Assembly: GCF_006345805.1 (NCBI RefSeq)
Contig: NW_021826154.1
Location: 1-13,736, forward strand
Origin: Octopus sinensis
Lineage: Eukaryota
Length of the DNA: 13,736 nt
Reading direction: 5' to 3'
Shown here: piece after piece, positions 8,787 to 13,736 of the stretch
How the letters are laid out: each line of letters starts with the position of its first letter
Position numbering within the stretch: position 1 is the stretch's first letter
Program-made: the position numbers and the translations under genes
Notes under the pieces: generated by a model
Told to the model about the DNA's origin: nothing
Seen by the model: only the letters and a program-made list of their open reading frames with translations
Databases searched by the model: none

Positions 8787-9668
8787 GTCTTAGACGTCGC
8801 ATAATATCCAATATCGTGATGTTGTTGATTGAAGATATTGTGCCTACGAGGTGCTTTTACCATCTGTCAAGTCACGACAAGGACTTCACACAGACAGCAC
8901 TTTACGCATTATGCGTGCAGTTCCAAGTAAGGCTGATTTTTCCAATACCCCTAGATTGTAGGGTATTTATAAAGTTTACAAATGTTGCTTCACGTTGGGT
9001 GGTATTGAACCCAAAGCTCCGATGACAATAGGGACGCCAAATCTTGGTGATCTCAATACTCAGGTTTCCATATTTATCAATCTTTTCTCTTTTTTTCATG
9101 ATAATATTCGTTGATTATTACGCCATCTTGTTTGTACCTCCTAAAAGCTACTATATTTGGCCTTCGGTGACCCAACGACTTGTCTGTCTGGAAATTAAAA
9201 CTCCCAGAGGATTTTTGCCCTTCCTCTTTTCGTCCGTTACCTTTTCCAGTGTATGTTGGTACCAAGCACACGTCATCTCGTAACCATACTTTCGGCATAG
9301 TAGCCAGTGAAGTTTTTGGGCTACTTTGCATTAACGATGTGAGTCACGCTTTCGACCCTCTTCCCACGCATTCTGCAGCGGTTCGTTGCACTTGTATGGT
9401 ATATATCCCTTTTCACTGAGCTGGTATTCATTGCCTGGTGCTTTTTTCTTTTAGGGTCACCCTTGCTGAATCACCTCCATGATGCTTTCTGGTCTTTTCA
9501 TTTGTTAGTTTCACGGTGAAACTGACCATGGAATTCTATACGGAGTAGGGTTTCTCCTCTCTGGTTGGCTATTCGTGATCGGAATTCATGAGCACTCTCA
9601 AGTCCATTTTTGTTAAATCCTTCTGCATTAGCAGCATACTGTAGCAGGTCTTGTTTGCTGTTTAACAA
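8787..9668 (-). pseudogene. Decayed 5'-truncated R4/Dong-clade element (element 2, different family)
   Basis: Manual translation across frameshifts: EFHGQFHRE, HQAMNT, RCRMRGKRVESVTHIV, KVAQKLHWLLCRKYGY, WYQHTLEKV, FQTDKSLGHRRPNIV, EKIDKYGNLSIEITKIW, LEKSALLGTARIMRKVLSV* (stop 8886-8888); 3' UTR unrelated to element 1, ends in (AAT)n. Confidence 0.88.
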
Positions 9669-9690
9669 ATTATTATTATTATTATTATTA

Positions 9691-9749
<59 letters not shown>

Positions 9750-9774
9750 GTTGTTGTTGTTATTATTATTATTA

Positions 9775-9826
<52 letters not shown>
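9669..9826. repeat. (ATT)n tract 3 with GTT interruptions
   Basis: Direct reading. Confidence 0.95.
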
Positions 9827-10378
9827 GAGTGAGAGAGCAGTTCATGCCATCAAAGTGACACTGGGGTAAAATATACGAAGCCCAATATACCCATCATGAC
9901 TACCCGTCTGATAAAGTACCCCAGGCACATGCATCACAACCATATGTGCACGACATGTTGATCTCATATCAAGATAAACAGCACATGACCTTGCAGGTGG
10001 GGCCCAGTTAGAATTTTCTTCAGGTTGAGTAGCCCATCCTGCTCAAACGGTCCCTGAATAAGGTTGCTTTAGGATGTTGAACGAAACACCTATGTTTCCA
10101 GAGGTGAACCATTCAAACTCCAAAGAATCCCTCTCAACACATGGCCATGATGCTTCCCCACTACTTCTGCTCGTGATCAGAGATGCACATGTCGTCAGCC
10201 ACCAAGGGACATGCTCAACTGGTTAAGGTCAAACAACTGACAAGCAAATCTGTGGTATTGAGCAGAATATTTGCTGTAGCCCATCTTTTATACCAAGACA
10301 AAACAATGTACATGATAACACTTCCAATCAGTTTAGATCAGAAGCCATGAGAGCCACTGCCTGGTACTGCATCAGGGC
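9827..10378. mobile_element. Unclassified 552-bp non-coding insert bounded by (ATT)n on both sides
   Basis: Sharp junctions with (ATT)n at both ends, higher GC than flanks, no ORF, no Pol III boxes or TIRs seen. Confidence 0.5.
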
Positions 10379-10380
10379 AT

Positions 10381-10422
<42 letters not shown>

Positions 10423-10447
10423 TATTATTATATTATTATTATTATTA
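10379..10447. repeat. (ATT)n tract 4
   Basis: Direct reading. Confidence 0.95.
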
Positions 10448-10675
10448 GCTAATAGATACAAACATTTCTAAGTCGAGCAATGCAGTACACAACACACACA
10501 GTACAGTAGAGTGGTCTGGTTACTATCAAAGGTATACTAGTAAACCTAGCAGTAATATTGGTTATGATATACAGAGAAACTGTTTGTTTGGACGCAAGTG
10601 CATTGGATGTTCAAAGTACAATTGAATGTTTAATCACAACAGATCATCAGTAGAAAGCTTTATTACAACAGTCAA

Positions 10676-10690
10676 ACACACACACACACA

Positions 10691-10770
<80 letters not shown>
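10676..10770. repeat. (CA)n(TA)n microsatellite
   Basis: Direct reading. Confidence 0.95.
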
Positions 10771-10772
<2 letters not shown>

Positions 10773-11187
10773 TCTTTACTCTTTCACTCTCTTACTTGTT
10801 TCAGTCATTAGACTGCGGCCATGTCGGAGCACCGACTTTAGTCGAACAAATTGATGTCAGGACTTATTCTTTGTGAGCCTAGTACTTATTCTATCGGTCT
10901 CTTTTGCTGAACCGCTAAGTTACGGGGACGTAAACACACCAGCATCGGTTGTCAAGCAATGTTGGGGGGAAGGGACAAACACAGACACACAAACACACAC
11001 ACGCATATATATATATATATATATACGACGGGCTTCTTTTCAGTTTCCATCTACCAAATCCACTCACAAGGCTTTGGTCTGGGCGAGGCTATAGCAGAAG
11101 ATACTTGCCCAAGATGCCACGCAGTGGGACTGAACCCTGAACCATGTGGTTCGTAAGCAAGCTACTTACCACACGACCACTCCTGCG
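10771..11187 (-). mobile_element. tRNA-derived SINE, family A (copy 3)
   Basis: Reverse-complement match to 209-616. Confidence 0.92.
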
Positions 11188-11434
11188 ATATATACATATC
11201 AATTTAGTATACAACCGAAGGTGCTACTAATATTTTCATGCTTTTATGATACTTTTAACTAGGCATATTTATAAAATACGTTATGTATCCCCAGGTTTGG
11301 CATATTTTATAGTATCACAAAATAAACTATTAGTAGCTCTTACAGTTGTCTATTAAATTGATATTTATTGCTCACAAGACAGAGTACATATTTTTTTTGC
11401 TGATGCTACCTATATTGGATATATCTGTCATAGA

Positions 11435-11545
11435 TATTTCGTCGGTTCTGAGTTCAAATTCTGCTGAAGGTGACTTTTCTTTTTATCCTCTAGGAGTGAC
11501 AGTTGATTACTAAGTTCGATGTAACTAACTACCCCTTCCCTTTAT
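11435..11545 (+). mobile_element. Degenerate headless relative of SINE family B
   Basis: TATTTCGTC..GTTCTGAGTTCAAATTCTGCTGAAGGTGACTTTTCTTTTTATCC...GTTCGATGTAACTAACT aligns with the array unit. Confidence 0.7.
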
Positions 11546-11610
11546 CCAAAAGGAGAGTGGATTAATTCATGTTGTCTTTTTAAGCCATTTGCTCTTTTAA
11601 GCCATCATCT

Positions 11611-12012
11611 TTAGTTAGTTAGTTAATTTTTTGGCTCAAAGGCAAAAAGCAGGGCCATGTAGGGGGACATGGAGTTAAGTACAGGGTGGTGTTCATGTAA
11701 AGAGTTCAGGCCACTTGAGGTCAAGGGAGACTTTGAACAAAGCGGTCGTCGGCATCTTCACCATCTCGTCCGGCAACTTGTTCCACGGATCCGCAACCCG
11801 GACGGAGAAAGCTCCTCTCCTTCGATTGAGATGAAATCGTCACCGGTAGAGCTTTTCGGAATGACCCCGCAGCCGACGCTCTGGAGCAGGAGTGAAGAAC
11901 AGCTCTTTCGAGAGGTTACACTTTCCGCTTATGATGTTGTGGGCGAGAATGAGATCACCACGGCGGCGGCGTTTTTCTGGAGAATAAAGGTCGAGCGTAA
12001 TTGTCTCGATAC
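11611..12012 (-). pseudogene. 3' end of a CR1-type LINE (C-terminal domain after RT, 3' UTR and (TAAC)n tail)
   Basis: Minus-strand translation TLDLYSPEKRRRRGDLILAHNIISGKCNLSKELFFTPAPERRLRGHSEKLYR*RFHLNRRRGAFSVRVADPWNKLPDEMVKMPTTALFKVSLDLKWPELFT* (terminal stop 11693-11695): typical CR1 RR.RGDLI, RGH..KL, WN.LP and FK..LD motifs. Confidence 0.88.
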
Positions 12013-12140
12013 AATGATTATGAATGTATCAACATCTGAGGTCATATATATGTGTTACATTTTTCTAAAGCAATCTATCCAAAATATGGTGACTTCATGG
12101 GTCCCTGTAAACCTGTGCAAGGCCGAGTACGACTGCTAGT

Positions 12141-12456
12141 GATCACGTGATCACGTGACCGACCAGACCATCAGATGTTGTTACACATCGCTGGTCACAA
12201 TGCATTTGCATTGTTTTTTTTTTTAGCCTTCGAATAACGCCACCCGCTGGCTAAGCGAGCAGGCCAACAGAAGAAAGAGTGAGAGTAGGAGTGGTGAAAG
12301 AGTACAGCAGGGATCGCCACCACCTCCTGCCGGAGCCTCGTGGAGCTTTTTAGGTGTTTTCGCTCAATAAACACACACAACGCCCGGTCTGGGAATCGAA
12401 ACCGCGATCCTACGACCGCGAGTCCGCTGCCCTAACCACTGGGCCATTGCGCCTCC
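12141..12456 (-). mobile_element. Full-length tRNA-derived SINE, family D (Arg-like head), with 9-bp TSD
   Basis: A box TGGCCCAGTGG, B box GGTTTCGATTCC, tail GTCACGTGATCACGTGATC; perfect TSD ACTGCTAGT at 12132-12140 and 12457-12465. Confidence 0.93.
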
Positions 12457-12998
12457 ACTGCTAGTACTTAATAAAAATACAAAACCTGATGCCAAAATTT
12501 GAAGCCATTATGTATTCTTCACTTATCTTGCGTCTTAACTCTCGCTGCCAGACATACCGTCAACCATTGACTGGCTGTTTGTTAGAAACCTGTAATCACC
12601 GACGCTAATGTTCACCAATCACAATATTAAATAATATCAAATAAATGTCTCCCTGTAATATATGCCCAACGCTAAACTGACTTAATCCAGTTTATGTATC
12701 GATCAATTGATCCAGTCTGAATGTGCAGATTTATCAGATCAATCAACTTCCTGTTTGTTTCGGTTTTTGTCTGTGCTTTATTTTTTGTTTCGTGTTTGAT
12801 TTTGGCTAAATATTTGGTGAAAAAAAAAACCAGCTTATGTTTAAAGAGTATTTGATGCTTTTAAGTTTATTTACTCTGTACTTAAGCTACATATCATACG
12901 AATCCAAATTAAATATATAATCGATTTGACATAGTAGTTATGGGTTTAGATCGTTCAAATATTCGGTAGTTATGTAATCCATCATTATATTGGAAAAT

Positions 12999-13430
12999 GA
13001 GTGGCTGTGTGGTAAGTTGCTTGCTTACCAACCACATGGTTCAGGGTTCGGTCCCACTGCGTGGCACGTCCGGTAAGTGTCTTCTACTATAGCCTCGGGC
13101 CGACCAAAGCCTTGTGGGTGGATTTGGTAGACGGAAACTGAAAGAAGCGCGTCGTATATATATATATATATGTATGTATGTGTGTGTGTGTGTGTGTATG
13201 TTTGTGTGTCTGTGTTTGTCCCCTCCCCCAACATTGCTTGACAACCGATGGTGGTGTGGTTACGTCCCCGTAACTTAGCGGTTCGGTAAAAAAGAGACCG
13301 ATAGAATAAGTACTAGGCTTACAAATAATAAGTCCTGGGGTCGATTTGATTCGACTAAAGGCGGTGCTCCAGCATGACCGCAGTCAAATGACTGAAACAA
13401 GTAAAAGAATAAAAGAAAAGAAAGAAAGAA
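12999..13430 (+). mobile_element. tRNA-derived SINE, family A (copy 4)
   Basis: Match to 209-616; A box TGGCTGTGTGG, B box GGTTCGGTCC; tail expanded to (AAAG)n. Confidence 0.92.
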
Positions 13431-13736
13431 TGTATGTATGTATGTACGTATATTTTAATACTGGAAGCACTCAGTAGCCTCGGAATCCAACGTGTAAAGG
13501 TATGTTGATCTTCTAGTGTCTGTTGCCGTGCAGTGGGGTGGCGGGTATACAATATTTTTAGTTTTCCTTTCAGCGCTTGAATAGAATATATTTCTGAAAT
13601 AGCCACATAATCTATATAAACTAGCAGGCTCACTTGCTATGCTGTGCTGGGGAAATATTTATAGAATTGATTTGCTTCTGGTTGATATGAAAATACTAAA
13701 TAAAGAGACAAACAGGAAAATTTGCAATGCATTGAT

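Noticed and set aside
8615-9025. Poly-Tyr/poly-Leu/poly-Ile ORFs (also 7368-7745 and 9610-9828)
   Set aside because: Readthrough of (ATT)n tracts and antisense of the Dong elements
10560-10670. CTGATGA on the minus strand as hammerhead core or snoRNA C box
   Set aside because: No downstream GAAA with helix II, and no terminal stem with a D box
11669-12139. 156-aa plus-strand ORF
   Set aside because: Antisense to the CR1 coding remnant
12380-12456. tRNA-Arg-like gene
   Set aside because: It is the head of a SINE with body, tail and TSD; acceptor and anticodon stems are imperfect
13460-13506. Possible small exon ILEALSSLGIQRVK ending in AAG|GTATGT
   Set aside because: A good donor alone; no convincing acceptor or polypyrimidine tract and no recognisable homology

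Overview
AT-rich, repeat-dominated eukaryotic non-coding DNA with no host gene that I can support. The SINE types and microsatellite load suggest an octopus/coleoid cephalopod genome (inference). Almost all six-frame ORFs are microsatellite or SINE artefacts. The real coding remnants are all transposon-derived and on the minus strand: two R4/Dong-type non-LTR retrotransposon 3' ends (CCHC plus restriction-like endonuclease; one still an open frame), a CR1-type LINE 3' end, and a decayed mariner transposase. Also present are four tRNA-derived SINE families (one amplified into a 5 x ~172 bp head-to-tail array), a foldback-like MITE and a probable non-autonomous Helitron. The most notable structure is that different elements sit in different microsatellite motifs. 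Two Dong elements plus a 552-bp non-coding element are stacked in (AAT)n. A polyA-signal-bearing retro-fragment lies in (GATA)n. A ~200-bp non-coding element carrying a minimal hammerhead-ribozyme fold (two copies) lies in (TA)n/(TACA)n.
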